Assembly: GCA_020351745.1 (NCBI GenBank)
Contig: CP070665.1
Span: 910,345 to 962,742, forward strand
Source of the DNA: Candidatus Heimdallarchaeota archaeon
GTDB taxonomy: Archaea; Asgardarchaeota; Heimdallarchaeia; Hodarchaeales; Hodarchaeaceae
Reading direction: 5' to 3'
Length of the DNA stretch: 52,398 nucleotides
Below, in pieces: positions 19,918 to 27,779 of the stretch. A model generated the notes under the pieces. That model had not been told where the DNA came from, searched no databases, and worked only from the letters and a program-made list of their open reading frames with translations. The translations under genes were made by a program, and so were the position numbers. The number at the start of each line of letters is the position of its first letter. Position 1 is the first letter of the stretch.

Positions 19918-20076
19918 TGCCGAGGGTGCGATTTGAACGCACGACAACTGGATATCCATCACACAGATGAATCTGGGACTTCAGTCCAGCGCTGACGGGA
20001 ACCAATGCCATCATAAGATGGCTATCCTCCCGGGTTTCTCATTTGCTCATGAGAGCAAACTCTAAGCTACCTCGGC
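19918..20076 (-). tRNA. tRNA-Phe(GAA) with three introns (two in the D-arm region, one at 37/38)
   Basis: The reverse complement reads GCCGAGG TA GCTTAG[27 nt]CCCGGGA[34 nt]AGC G CTGGA CTGAAG[25 nt]A TCCAG TTGTC GTGCG TTCAAAT CGCAC CCTCGGC A. Arithmetic: 159-86 = 73 nt mature. The exact D-arm exon borders are ambiguous because short sequences repeat at the junctions. Confidence 0.8.
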
Positions 20077-20162
20077 AGGGGTAAATACGAAGTAATTCGA
20101 TCAATACTAGCAAGTGATTAAAAATTTTTACATATTTATTGGAAGAGAAACTTAGAGTATTA

Positions 20163-20351
20163 TTAATCAATTCGACGACGTTTATTAAAATTTTTTCGTA
20201 CCCATGAATATCGTCGTAATTTGGGGTTTGGATATCCACAGTAGGCGCATTGACGTTTACGTTTATGGTAGGATCGATTTCCACATCTTCGACATTGCAT
20301 ATGAGTCCGTTTAGCGGTGTGTTTTCCGCGTGCTGCAGTTCCTTTTGTCAA
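20163..20351 (-). CDS. rpl37e: 50S ribosomal protein L37e
   Basis: MTKGTAARGKHTAKRTHMQCRRCGNRSYHKRKRQCAYCGY has the conserved MTKGT N-terminus and a C4 zinc ribbon. The initiation codon is TTG (20351..20349). Confidence 0.92.
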   Translation of the reverse strand: MTKGTAARGKHTAKRTHMQCRRCGNRSYHKRKRQCAYCGYPNPKLRRYSWVRKNFNKRRRID

Positions 20352-20398
20352 TTTTCACAACTCGTAAGTTTTTTGGTTCTTAAACAGATTTTCTCTTC

Positions 20399-20638
20399 CT
20401 AAGGGGGAGAGATAAGGATCACATTGTCTCCTCGGAGGATGATGTTTCCTAGTGTTTCAGTTACCGATTCTTGATCATTCTCATCTTTTGGAGGGTAGAT
20501 CATCTCCGCATCTTCAAGGTACAAATTAAGGTGTGGATCGTAGCTGCGTAATATCCCGCGGATTTCACGATGCCCTCTAACTTTGAGGATTACTTTCTTG
20601 TTGAGAGCCGCTGTTAATACATCTAAAGGTCTACTCAT
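20399..20638 (-). CDS. Sm-like (LSm) archaeal protein
   Basis: 79 aa. Sm1 (VILKVRGHREIRGILRSYDPHLNLYLEDAE) and Sm2 (ILRGDNVILISP) are present. The LSm-L37e gene pair is conserved in archaea. Confidence 0.9.
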   Translation of the reverse strand: MSRPLDVLTAALNKKVILKVRGHREIRGILRSYDPHLNLYLEDAEMIYPPKDENDQESVTETLGNIILRGDNVILISPP

Positions 20639-20683
20639 AATGAATCACTTGGTTACAAGGGGGAGTATTTCAATGAAAAGGAA

Positions 20684-20823
20684 TGCTCCGACCGGGATTT
20701 TCCGTACACAAACAACTTGTTTGTACATTTTGAACCCGGGTCTTTCCGCTTGGGATCAAGATCGAATTCAGCCAGATTCGGGGCGAAAGCCCGGAATGAT
20801 GGGCCGAGCTACACTATCGGAGC
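20684..20823 (-). tRNA. tRNA-Glu(TTC) with a 31-nt T-loop intron and a second ~34-nt insertion 3' of the anticodon
   Basis: The reverse complement reads GCTCCGA TA GTGTAGCTCGGCCCATCAT T CCGGG CTTTCGC CCCGA...[34 nt]...AGAC CCGGG TTCAAA[31 nt]T CCCGG TCGGAGC A. The D arm matches the archaeal tRNA-Glu consensus. The splice sites of the second insertion could not be placed unambiguously. Confidence 0.75.
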
Positions 20824-21033
20824 AAAACCTCACGAACTACCGCCTTTATTGGCAATACAACCCCCCTTGCTTCAAATTAAAAAGCTTTGTTAATAAGATG
20901 TCAAATAGCGAAACAAGAGCTTTAAAAGTGAATTAAGAATATTTATCCAGCTATTCGATAAATTAGAAATACTTAATTATTTAAAAAAACCTCTTTCTCT
21001 AATATAGGATCTAATGATAAGGTGTTCAATAGT

Positions 21034-21387
21034 ATGGTCTCTCCACGCAATCGAAAAAGGAGAAGAAGATCTTTGGAACGCCAAGAAATCCAGTTATTAG
21101 CACAAGACGCTGTAAAATTTATAATTGAGGAGAGTTTAAAAATTCGCTTAACAGATCCTCAAAGATCTCAAGAGCTGTTTCGCACAGCCCGAAAAATCGG
21201 AAAAAGAGGACGGTTTCATCTTCCACATAAGTATCGCTTCTTGTTTTGTCGGTCATGTTATTATCCTTTAAGTATTAAAACAGCAAAAATTCGTTTAAAT
21301 AGTAAAAAACAGCAAATTCACTATCTTTGTTTGAACTGTAAGAAAGAACAACGATTTGGTTATTTGTACAGTAGAAAAAAAGAATGA
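21034..21387 (+). CDS. rnp4: RNase P protein component 4 (Rpp21/Rpr2 family)
   Basis: Basic N-terminus, helical region, then a zinc ribbon FCRSCYYPL...LCLNCKKEQRF. The start is set at ATG 21034; the track uses GTG 21022. Confidence 0.8.
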   Translation: MVSPRNRKRRRRSLERQEIQLLAQDAVKFIIEESLKIRLTDPQRSQELFRTARKIGKRGRFHLPHKYRFLFCRSCYYPLSIKTAKIRLNSKKQQIHYLCLNCKKEQRFGYLYSRKKE

Positions 21388-21397
21388 AGGAATAATT

Positions 21398-21724
21398 ATG
21401 TTTGTAGCGATTTATACAACTTTTGACAGCTTGAAGGAAGCAAAGGCCTTTGGTCATCTCTTGATTGAAAAAAAACTGGCAGCGTGTGTAAATTTAATTC
21501 ATGATGTTCATTCAATTTACCGTTGGAAAGGGAAAATCGAAGAGGCAACAGAAATAATCCTATGGTGCAAAACCCAAGATTCCTTGATCGAAGAGATCCA
21601 AGCCATGATCCAAGAGTCTCATCCATATGATCTACCAGCTTTTGTGGTTTATCCGATTCACTCAGGAAGCGAGGCTTATCTAAAATGGATAGCTGAAGAA
21701 ACCCAACCTCTAGACATCAACTGA
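21398..21724 (+). CDS. cutA: divalent-cation tolerance protein CutA
   Basis: MFVAIYTTFDSLKEAKAFGHLLIEKKLAACVNLIHDVHSIYRWKGKIEEATEIILWCKT...HPYDLPAFVVYPI is the canonical CutA1 pattern. The start is set at ATG 21398. Confidence 0.85.
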   Translation: MFVAIYTTFDSLKEAKAFGHLLIEKKLAACVNLIHDVHSIYRWKGKIEEATEIILWCKTQDSLIEEIQAMIQESHPYDLPAFVVYPIHSGSEAYLKWIAEETQPLDIN

Positions 21725-22765
21725 AACCTTAAATCGATTATTAATCTTCTCCGTATGAATTACAACTCCTAATATTTCTTGAATCAACCCAATATTTGTT
21801 TTAGTATGATTTGATAAATAAGAAGTGTAAAAAACACTAGGATTGCATGCTGTTGCCATGATAGGCAAAACTTGGTCTGCTAAAAATGGATCGACAGTAC
21901 TCTGACTGTTTAATGAAACGATATAACGTTCGTAGGCCTTTAGACCAACCTTTTCAGCAGATAACTTACGTTCACCAACAAAATCCCCGCTTAATATGCT
22001 ATTTCCCATTCTTGAGTATATTAATACCCCAGATCCTGGATTATTTGCATTTACATATTCACTTTTGATTTTTGATTCGATATTCTGTTTTAATAAAACG
22101 GATGCGATTGTTTTTGCTTGTCTTTCTGCAACTCGTGCTTTTTGAAGGTGTTTTGAAGCAATTGACAGAGTATTAACCAATTCTGGTCTTTGGAATATAT
22201 CAAGATTCAATCCTTTTGGACAGGAAGGAGACCTCATAATAGCTGAAACCCTTGCTCCTCCCTTCGGATAAAAACCGTGACGATTGATATTTAGTGTAAG
22301 TTCAAAATTCATTTGACGAAAGATTTCCCAAGTTACATGATTTATGTAAGGAATACTAGGTGCCCATTTTCCAAAAGTAGCTCCCCCCTGAAACTCGACT
22401 TTTAGTGTGTGATTCTTAATCCCAAGGATAGCCAGCTGAAGAGACTGTAAAATTAATCCCAAACTACCTGCCGTGGAAACATGAATTTTCAAATGAGATC
22501 TCCATGAATTTGCTGGAGTGAAAGAAATGGTTTTTGATCTAAGATAATCTCCTTCTAATTCACCTCCACAAAAATTAGCTAGTGCACGAACCCCTACAAG
22601 ATGTTGTGTTTGGAGCCCAGGTTTCGGACGATTTTTTCGGATATTCACAATTTTAACAGGTTCTTGTGTTACGAGAGCAAGAGATGTTACTAATCGAAGA
22701 ATAGATCCTCCTCCTTCTCCTAAACTTCCATCATAGACTTGCAAATAGTTACCTCTGATAAACAA
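21710..22765 (-). CDS. rtcA: RNA 3'-terminal phosphate cyclase family protein (Phe at the position of the expected His nucleophile)
   Basis: The N-terminus is DGSLGEGGGSILRL...IRKNRPKPGLQTQHL. The C-terminus is VDPFLADQVLP...SNHTKTNIGLIQEILG. TTG start. In the D-x-H-L-A-D-Q motif the His position is Phe (codon 21884-21886). Confidence 0.85.
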   Translation of the reverse strand: MFIRGNYLQVYDGSLGEGGGSILRLVTSLALVTQEPVKIVNIRKNRPKPGLQTQHLVGVRALANFCGGELEGDYLRSKTISFTPANSWRSHLKIHVSTAGSLGLILQSLQLAILGIKNHTLKVEFQGGATFGKWAPSIPYINHVTWEIFRQMNFELTLNINRHGFYPKGGARVSAIMRSPSCPKGLNLDIFQRPELVNTLSIASKHLQKARVAERQAKTIASVLLKQNIESKIKSEYVNANNPGSGVLIYSRMGNSILSGDFVGERKLSAEKVGLKAYERYIVSLNSQSTVDPFLADQVLPIMATACNPSVFYTSYLSNHTKTNIGLIQEILGVVIHTEKINNRFKVSVDV

Positions 22766-22842
22766 TAATACATGATCTTAAAGAGAGTGGCCGAAGTTAC
22801 AATTAAAACATTATATGAGTTACCTTTTCACAGGAAAAGACG

Positions 22843-23004
22843 CTATCCAGCTCGCTCTTTTCGCTTGGGTCGCAGTCTTTTAGAGCGACATCGTCGACAT
22901 TTAGTTGCACCTGGAGGGTTTCGCGCATAACACTTTCTACAAATCATCATATCAAGTAATACCTTTCGAACAATGTCTCGTTTCTCAGGATCTGTGACTG
23001 GCAT
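22843..23004 (-). CDS. rpl40e: 50S ribosomal protein L40e
   Basis: Below the track's size cut-off. My translation is MPVTDPEKRDIVRKVLLDMMICRKCYARNPPGATKCRRCRSKRLRPKRKERAG*. It has the CxxC...CxxC zinc ribbon and the LRPK tail typical of L40e. Confidence 0.85.
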   Translation of the reverse strand: MPVTDPEKRDIVRKVLLDMMICRKCYARNPPGATKCRRCRSKRLRPKRKERAG

Positions 23005-23672
23005 TGTATTGGGTTCCTTTTCAGCGAGTAACTTTGTATTAAGTTCCTTTTCTGTGGATCACCTATCATCATATTATCAAAAAATAATTTCTGGAATTGG
23101 AGATGAAATGTGACTATCTTAAGGGATTTTACGTAAATTTAAATTCTTTCTTGTTAGATAGAAGCCGAAATTAGAGGAGAAACATAAATCTCTGGATTCT
23201 TTGTTCTATCAACTTTTTAGATAACCAAAAATAACTACAATTGCATGAGAATCAGTTCATGGAGAACTTTAGGGTAGTAATAACAAGAATTATAACAATA
23301 AAACTATCTCATGGAAGATATACTGCATTGAAGTACAAAAATCATTTCTTTTCTCTCCTACTAACGAAATCAGCTAAATTTATTTGGAAAACATACCTCA
23401 TGTTTTTTAATATTCTTGTGGTTAATTATTCATGCTCTATTAATTAATTATCAAGGTAGGTCAGTATATCTTTTAACCAAGATTTTTTGGAAATCCCCCC
23501 GCCCCCTCTATTTCGAGTGCAGAAAACGAGAAATAACGACAAAAAAGGGGAATAATTCCAAATCGCAACCTGGATTGTGTTTAATTATCACTGTACTATT
23601 TCCAGAAAACATTAATAAAGGAGAAAAAACCAAAGAAAACGTGAAGCAAAAATTCAGAAAAGGTGATTTCCA

Positions 23673-23960
23673 ATGCAATATTACATGAGTGTATCAGAGA
23701 TCCAAAATCGTGTAAAAACCTTGATTAACCATTTCACAGGAAGTTATAATGTCAAATCACCATTTTTTAATACAAGATTAGTGAAATCTCTCCAAAAAAT
23801 GGTGGATCCCAATCTTTTAAACAATGAAAAGGTAGCGGAAGAAATCATAACGACTTTTTTAAATGCGATTATTTTAGCTGGACAATTGGGTATTGATATC
23901 GAAACAAAGGTGAATGAATATCTTATACAGCTAGAGAGAGAAGCTATCTTTGCTATGTAA
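23673..23960 (+). CDS. hypothetical small helical protein
   Basis: 95-aa ORF with an ATG start and a predicted all-alpha character. No motif recognised. Coding status uncertain. Confidence 0.35.
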   Translation: MQYYMSVSEIQNRVKTLINHFTGSYNVKSPFFNTRLVKSLQKMVDPNLLNNEKVAEEIITTFLNAIILAGQLGIDIETKVNEYLIQLEREAIFAM

Positions 23961-23995
23961 GTTATAAAGATTACTTTTCTTAAAATTATTGATGT

Positions 23996-25114
23996 TTATG
24001 CAAAGAGAGAGATAATTGAATCTAGTGTAATGATACCCAACACTAGGCTACCTAAGACACTTAAAACTAAACACCCTAGTCCACCAAAGATAGGTAAAGG
24101 AAGACCAGGCAATGCGCGCTCCTTTTTTAATAATCTGAATGTATAAAACGCTCCTACAAAAAGTCCAACGAGTGCTGCAATGAGAGGAATTGGAGTAGCT
24201 AATCCATCACCTATCACAACAGCAGCGCTGATTAGCATGCTAAAAAATGCAAAATCACCTAAGCCAATATTTATTAAAGGAGTAGAATAAACAGGGAGAG
24301 CTGGTAACAAAGGCACTTTCTCATATTCCCCCTCATTATAGGAAGCCATGTTACTTTCGTTTTGTTCAGCAACTTCGCGGCCATGGTCAATAATTCCTTT
24401 TAATGGACCACGAAACACAGCATAAATGTCATACAATGATAAGCCTACTAAGATGAGAACTGTAGTAAGTAGGCCAAGATGTATAGCTAGCATTGAGCCA
24501 ATCATTGCTCCAAAAAATATCATCATCAGATTTCGGAGCCAAATCTTATCAAAACTCTGAATTCCAAATGAGATCGTGCCAAGTAAACCCAAGAGTATAG
24601 CAAATATGTACAATAGCATTTCAATCATGAAAATCTGTTGTGTTCCGATTGTTACGCTCCAATCGAAAGAATAATTAATCCAATCCTGAATGAGTGGAGG
24701 AAGAATAGTCCAGGACAGGTTTAAAACTTCAAATAGAACAATGGCTCCATAGAATAGCCCAAAAACAAACCAGCTAAATCCCATCATCGCTGCAAAGAAA
24801 TAAACTAAAAGTTGCATGAATCCTTTCTTTATTATAACCAGAACAATTAATCCCCCAATAAATGCCAATGTAACATAAAAAAGCATATTTAGTATTGCTC
24901 CCAAAGCGATTCCACCTGGATCCTCTGGATTTTCGGGAATTGGGGAAATATCTGGAATTTCTGCGGTTGGATCTTGCTCTTGTACCAACGTGTAATAATC
25001 GAGTGTAAATATGGATAAAATAATTGCAATAAGGAGTACAAAAACTATAGGCTGTATAAACGCCTGTAACTTTGCTTCGGGGGTTTCGTGGTTTTCGGTT
25101 ATTCTTTCACTCAT
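23996..25114 (-). CDS. presenilin/signal-peptide-peptidase-like intramembrane aspartyl protease (A22 family)
   Basis: Polytopic membrane protein with the two catalytic motifs LSLYDIYAVF (YD) and NIGLGDFAFFS (GxGD), plus a C-terminal PAL-like ALPGLP segment. Confidence 0.75.
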   Translation of the reverse strand: MSERITENHETPEAKLQAFIQPIVFVLLIAIILSIFTLDYYTLVQEQDPTAEIPDISPIPENPEDPGGIALGAILNMLFYVTLAFIGGLIVLVIIKKGFMQLLVYFFAAMMGFSWFVFGLFYGAIVLFEVLNLSWTILPPLIQDWINYSFDWSVTIGTQQIFMIEMLLYIFAILLGLLGTISFGIQSFDKIWLRNLMMIFFGAMIGSMLAIHLGLLTTVLILVGLSLYDIYAVFRGPLKGIIDHGREVAEQNESNMASYNEGEYEKVPLLPALPVYSTPLINIGLGDFAFFSMLISAAVVIGDGLATPIPLIAALVGLFVGAFYTFRLLKKERALPGLPLPIFGGLGCLVLSVLGSLVLGIITLDSIISLFA

Positions 25115-25181
25115 TTGCTTTCACGAAAGACGTGAACATAAAGTGAAAATAAAAATACTGGAACGAGAACTATACAAACAA

Positions 25182-26183
25182 ATGAATAATCTCGAGAATT
25201 TAGGAGAATCTAGCGTTATTAATCTCCTACAAATATATATTGACCGTTCTGATCTTCTTGGTACTAATGAAGATGCTTATCTTTATAAGAATATCCTTCC
25301 TTATATCCTAGTTAATGTAGACACAATGTCTAGGGATTCTGATTTTCTACCAAAGCAGACATGGAAACAGTTAGGAGCGAAGTTAGTAACCATAACATTT
25401 TCGGATCTAGTAGCGAAAGGGGCAACGCCTGATTTATTCTTATCCTCGTTGGTCTTAGAGGGTTCAATGAAAGAAGATGAACTTAAAGAATTGGTGTCAG
25501 CAATCCAAAAAACAAGCCATCAATATGGCGCGAGATACCTAGGAGGCGATTTAGGCTCTTCAACCGAAACAGTTTTGACAGGAGTGGGACTTGGTTCCAT
25601 CAAAAAGGGAAATATTTTAACTAGAAGAGATGCAAAAAAAGGAGATTTGGTTTGCGTTACAGGGTATTTTGGATTGACTACTATAGGATTAGATTATCTT
25701 TTATCTCCAATGAATAGAAAATATGATCCCATTCCAGATGAACTTCTCGAACTTAGCATGAAACTGCTTCATGAACCTCAACTAAGACTTACTGAGGGAT
25801 TGTTACTGAGTAAAAATAGTTTGGCAACTTCCTCAATTGATAGTTCAGATGGATTAGCTATTTCATTACACTGGCTATCACAGGCCTCCAATGTCGGTAT
25901 TATAGTGAATAACCTCCCCATATATCCTGAGTTGGAATCATTTCTCGAATCATTTGATATGATTCAGGATGTGTCACTGTTTGGTGGTGAAGAATATGAG
26001 TTAATTTTTACTGTTCCCCCCTCTAAATTAGAGAAGTTAAAACACATTTTCAGGAAACATAAATGTCAATTCTTTATCATTGGTGAATGTGTTGATTCCA
26101 AGGGTGTTTTTGTTTCTCAAAAAGAAAGTCTTACACCTGTACCAATGAAAGGATGGGATACTTTCCGAAAGGAAGTACTTTGA
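25182..26183 (+). CDS. thiL: thiamine-monophosphate kinase (AIR-synthase-related family)
   Basis: MNNLENLGESSVINLL...NEDAYL...VDTMSRDSDF...YLGGDLGSS...SSIDSSDGLAISL matches the ThiL/PurM-like pattern. The start is moved to ATG 25182 because the track's 5' extension overlaps the opposite-strand protease gene. Confidence 0.72.
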   Translation: MNNLENLGESSVINLLQIYIDRSDLLGTNEDAYLYKNILPYILVNVDTMSRDSDFLPKQTWKQLGAKLVTITFSDLVAKGATPDLFLSSLVLEGSMKEDELKELVSAIQKTSHQYGARYLGGDLGSSTETVLTGVGLGSIKKGNILTRRDAKKGDLVCVTGYFGLTTIGLDYLLSPMNRKYDPIPDELLELSMKLLHEPQLRLTEGLLLSKNSLATSSIDSSDGLAISLHWLSQASNVGIIVNNLPIYPELESFLESFDMIQDVSLFGGEEYELIFTVPPSKLEKLKHIFRKHKCQFFIIGECVDSKGVFVSQKESLTPVPMKGWDTFRKEVL

Positions 26184-26217
26184 AGTTTAAGAATAATCAA
26201 TCTGCTAAACAAGAGGA

Positions 26218-26290
26218 TGCGCCGACCGGGATTTGAACCCAGGTCACCTGTGTGGCAGACAGGAGTCTTACCAGGCTGGACTATCGGCGC
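26218..26290 (-). tRNA. tRNA-Gly(GCC), no intron
   Basis: The reverse complement reads GCGCCGA TA GTCC AGCCTGGTA AGAC T CCTGT CTGCCAC ACAGG TGAC CTGGG TTCAAAT CCCGG TCGGCGC A (73 nt). Confidence 0.92.
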
Positions 26291-26522
26291 TTGATTTTTT
26301 TTTCCATTATAAATGATTTATGTAGAATTTTTCTTCTATTTAAGGCTCCATTGGAGCAGAAGTTGCGTATTACCACCGTTTTCCTTCTTTTCATTAATTT
26401 TTTTATTAAATTCTTATGAAGTAGCGATCATCTGAGAAAAAAATAATTAAGACTTTTGACTTAAAGATGTTATAATCGCAACTAATATGTATTCCAAGTC
26501 CAAAACATGCCCTTTCAGAGGT

Positions 26523-27329
26523 TTAATGGGAGATTTGGTCATTTTTATTCATTTTTTCCTGAAGATTAAGCTCTATCCATTTCAATACGCCCATCAATGT
26601 AGTTAATTCGCGTCCTGTAACATATCCTCGGGAAAGAACGTTCGAAAATGCTTGTAGTGCAATATAGTATTTTTCAGGGCGGTATTTCGTCGTTTTAATC
26701 AATTGTTCAAAGTAATTCAGCAATAATTGCCTTTCTTTATAAGAAGCAATACGATGTTTTGGTTTAACTTTAGAATTATCCTGATTATTTTCTTGAAACT
26801 TTTGAGAAAGAAAGTAGAGTATAATGGCAACAGCATGTGACAGATTCATAACAGGATAGGATGAGTGCGTGGGAATAGATACTAGTAGATCACATAATCC
26901 GATTTCTTTATTAGATAATCCATATTGTTCTCTCCCAAAAACGATCGCTAGCTTGCTGCTATCAAATTCCTCCCTCAATAATTGATTTGGGGGGATAGTC
27001 ACTCTATTTAAGTTGTAATCACCCCCAACTCGAGCTGTGGTACCGATCACAAGCTTAAAATCTTCACGTATCTGCTGAAGATTTGTAATTAGAAGAGCTT
27101 GATTTATTATAATCTCAGCACGACGGGCTACAATCTTAATCTCGGGATCTGATAAATCAAGACGAGGATTAGCTATGATAAGGTTTGAAAAACCAAAGTT
27201 CATCATCACACGAGCAATATTCCCTAGGTTTTGAGGTTTGCTAGGTTCCACCAAAATCACAGACAAAGAATCCCAGCAATTCCTTTTTTTTAACGTAGCA
27301 GGGTGAGATTTATTGTTCACTCTTATCAT
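26523..27329 (-). CDS. SpoU/TrmH-class RNA 2'-O-methyltransferase, TrmJ-like
   Basis: ILVEPSKPQNLGNIARVMMNFGFSNLIIANPR...AIVFGREQYGLSN...IPTHSSYPVMNLSHAVAIILY has the SPOUT knot motifs. The start is set at ATG 27329; the track uses TTG 27353. Confidence 0.75.
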   Translation of the reverse strand: MIRVNNKSHPATLKKRNCWDSLSVILVEPSKPQNLGNIARVMMNFGFSNLIIANPRLDLSDPEIKIVARRAEIIINQALLITNLQQIREDFKLVIGTTARVGGDYNLNRVTIPPNQLLREEFDSSKLAIVFGREQYGLSNKEIGLCDLLVSIPTHSSYPVMNLSHAVAIILYFLSQKFQENNQDNSKVKPKHRIASYKERQLLLNYFEQLIKTTKYRPEKYYIALQAFSNVLSRGYVTGRELTTLMGVLKWIELNLQEKMNKNDQISH

Positions 27330-27610
27330 CTCAATACTACAACGACTCTTCAATATCCAATCTTGAGTAGGATAAAGTCATACTCGCTATTTGAGGGGAT
27401 TTATATGAATACAAGGATTAATACTACTCCAAGAATTTGGAACAAGTAGATATGACTAAAATATATAATATCAGCTCATTTTAAGGTAGTGCATTCTCTT
27501 TTAAAGAACTTAAAGCTTCAACTACTAAAAGTCACACCTTAAAAAAGATAAAAATTGATAATCATCACGCAAATCTTGCCTCCTAGGCGGCATTACTACA
27601 CCTCTAGAAT

Positions 27611-27769
27611 GCGGGGGTAGCCAAGCCAGGTCAAAGGTGGCATTTATTGGGCTAGATGATAGCTTAGCATATCATAATAGCGCCGTCCAAAGGCGCTGGA
27701 CTTAAGATCGCTTTTCGATAAGCAATCCAGTCATATAGATGTACGTGGGTTCAAATCCCATCCCCCGCA
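27611..27769 (+). tRNA. tRNA-Leu(TAA), type II, with two introns (D loop ~56 nt; 37/38 ~18 nt)
   Basis: GCGGGGG TA GCCAAGCCAGGTC[56 nt]AAAGGCG CTGGA CTTAAG[atcgcttttcgataagca]A TCCAG TCATATAGATGTAC GTGGG TTCAAAT CCCAT CCCCCGC A. Arithmetic: 159-74 = 85 nt mature. The exon junction sequence is duplicated (GGTCAAAGG / GTCCAAAGG). Confidence 0.85.
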
Positions 27770-27779
27770 TATTTCATTA

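Noticed and set aside
20039-20284. 81-aa minus-strand ORF from the track
   Set aside because: It overlaps the 5' part of tRNA-Phe and shares the region with rpl37e in another frame. No motif is present. Spurious.
20583-20936. 117-aa plus-strand ORF from the track
   Set aside because: It runs antisense through the LSm gene start and straight across the tRNA-Glu(TTC) gene, and it has low-complexity composition. It is explained by the real features on the other strand.
23040-23075. Possible C/D-box sRNA on the minus strand (ATGATGA ... CTGA about 45 nt apart) upstream of rpl40e
   Set aside because: No convincing C' or D' boxes, no terminal stem, and the segment is better described as the rpl40e leader with its tandem repeat.
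23241-23688. Two overlapping ORFs (68 and 90 aa) in the 23.0-23.7 kb spacer
   Set aside because: AT-rich, Ile/Asn/Lys/Phe-dominated translations with no RBS and no motif. One starts at a non-ATG codon. Treated as non-coding.
27629-27690. C-box-like GATGATAG motifs inside the D-region introns of tRNA-Leu and tRNA-Met (possible intron-encoded C/D guide, as in archaeal tRNA-Trp)
   Set aside because: The motif deviates from RUGAUGA in its last positions, and no D box (CUGA) sits in the right place. It is more likely just part of the intron hairpins.
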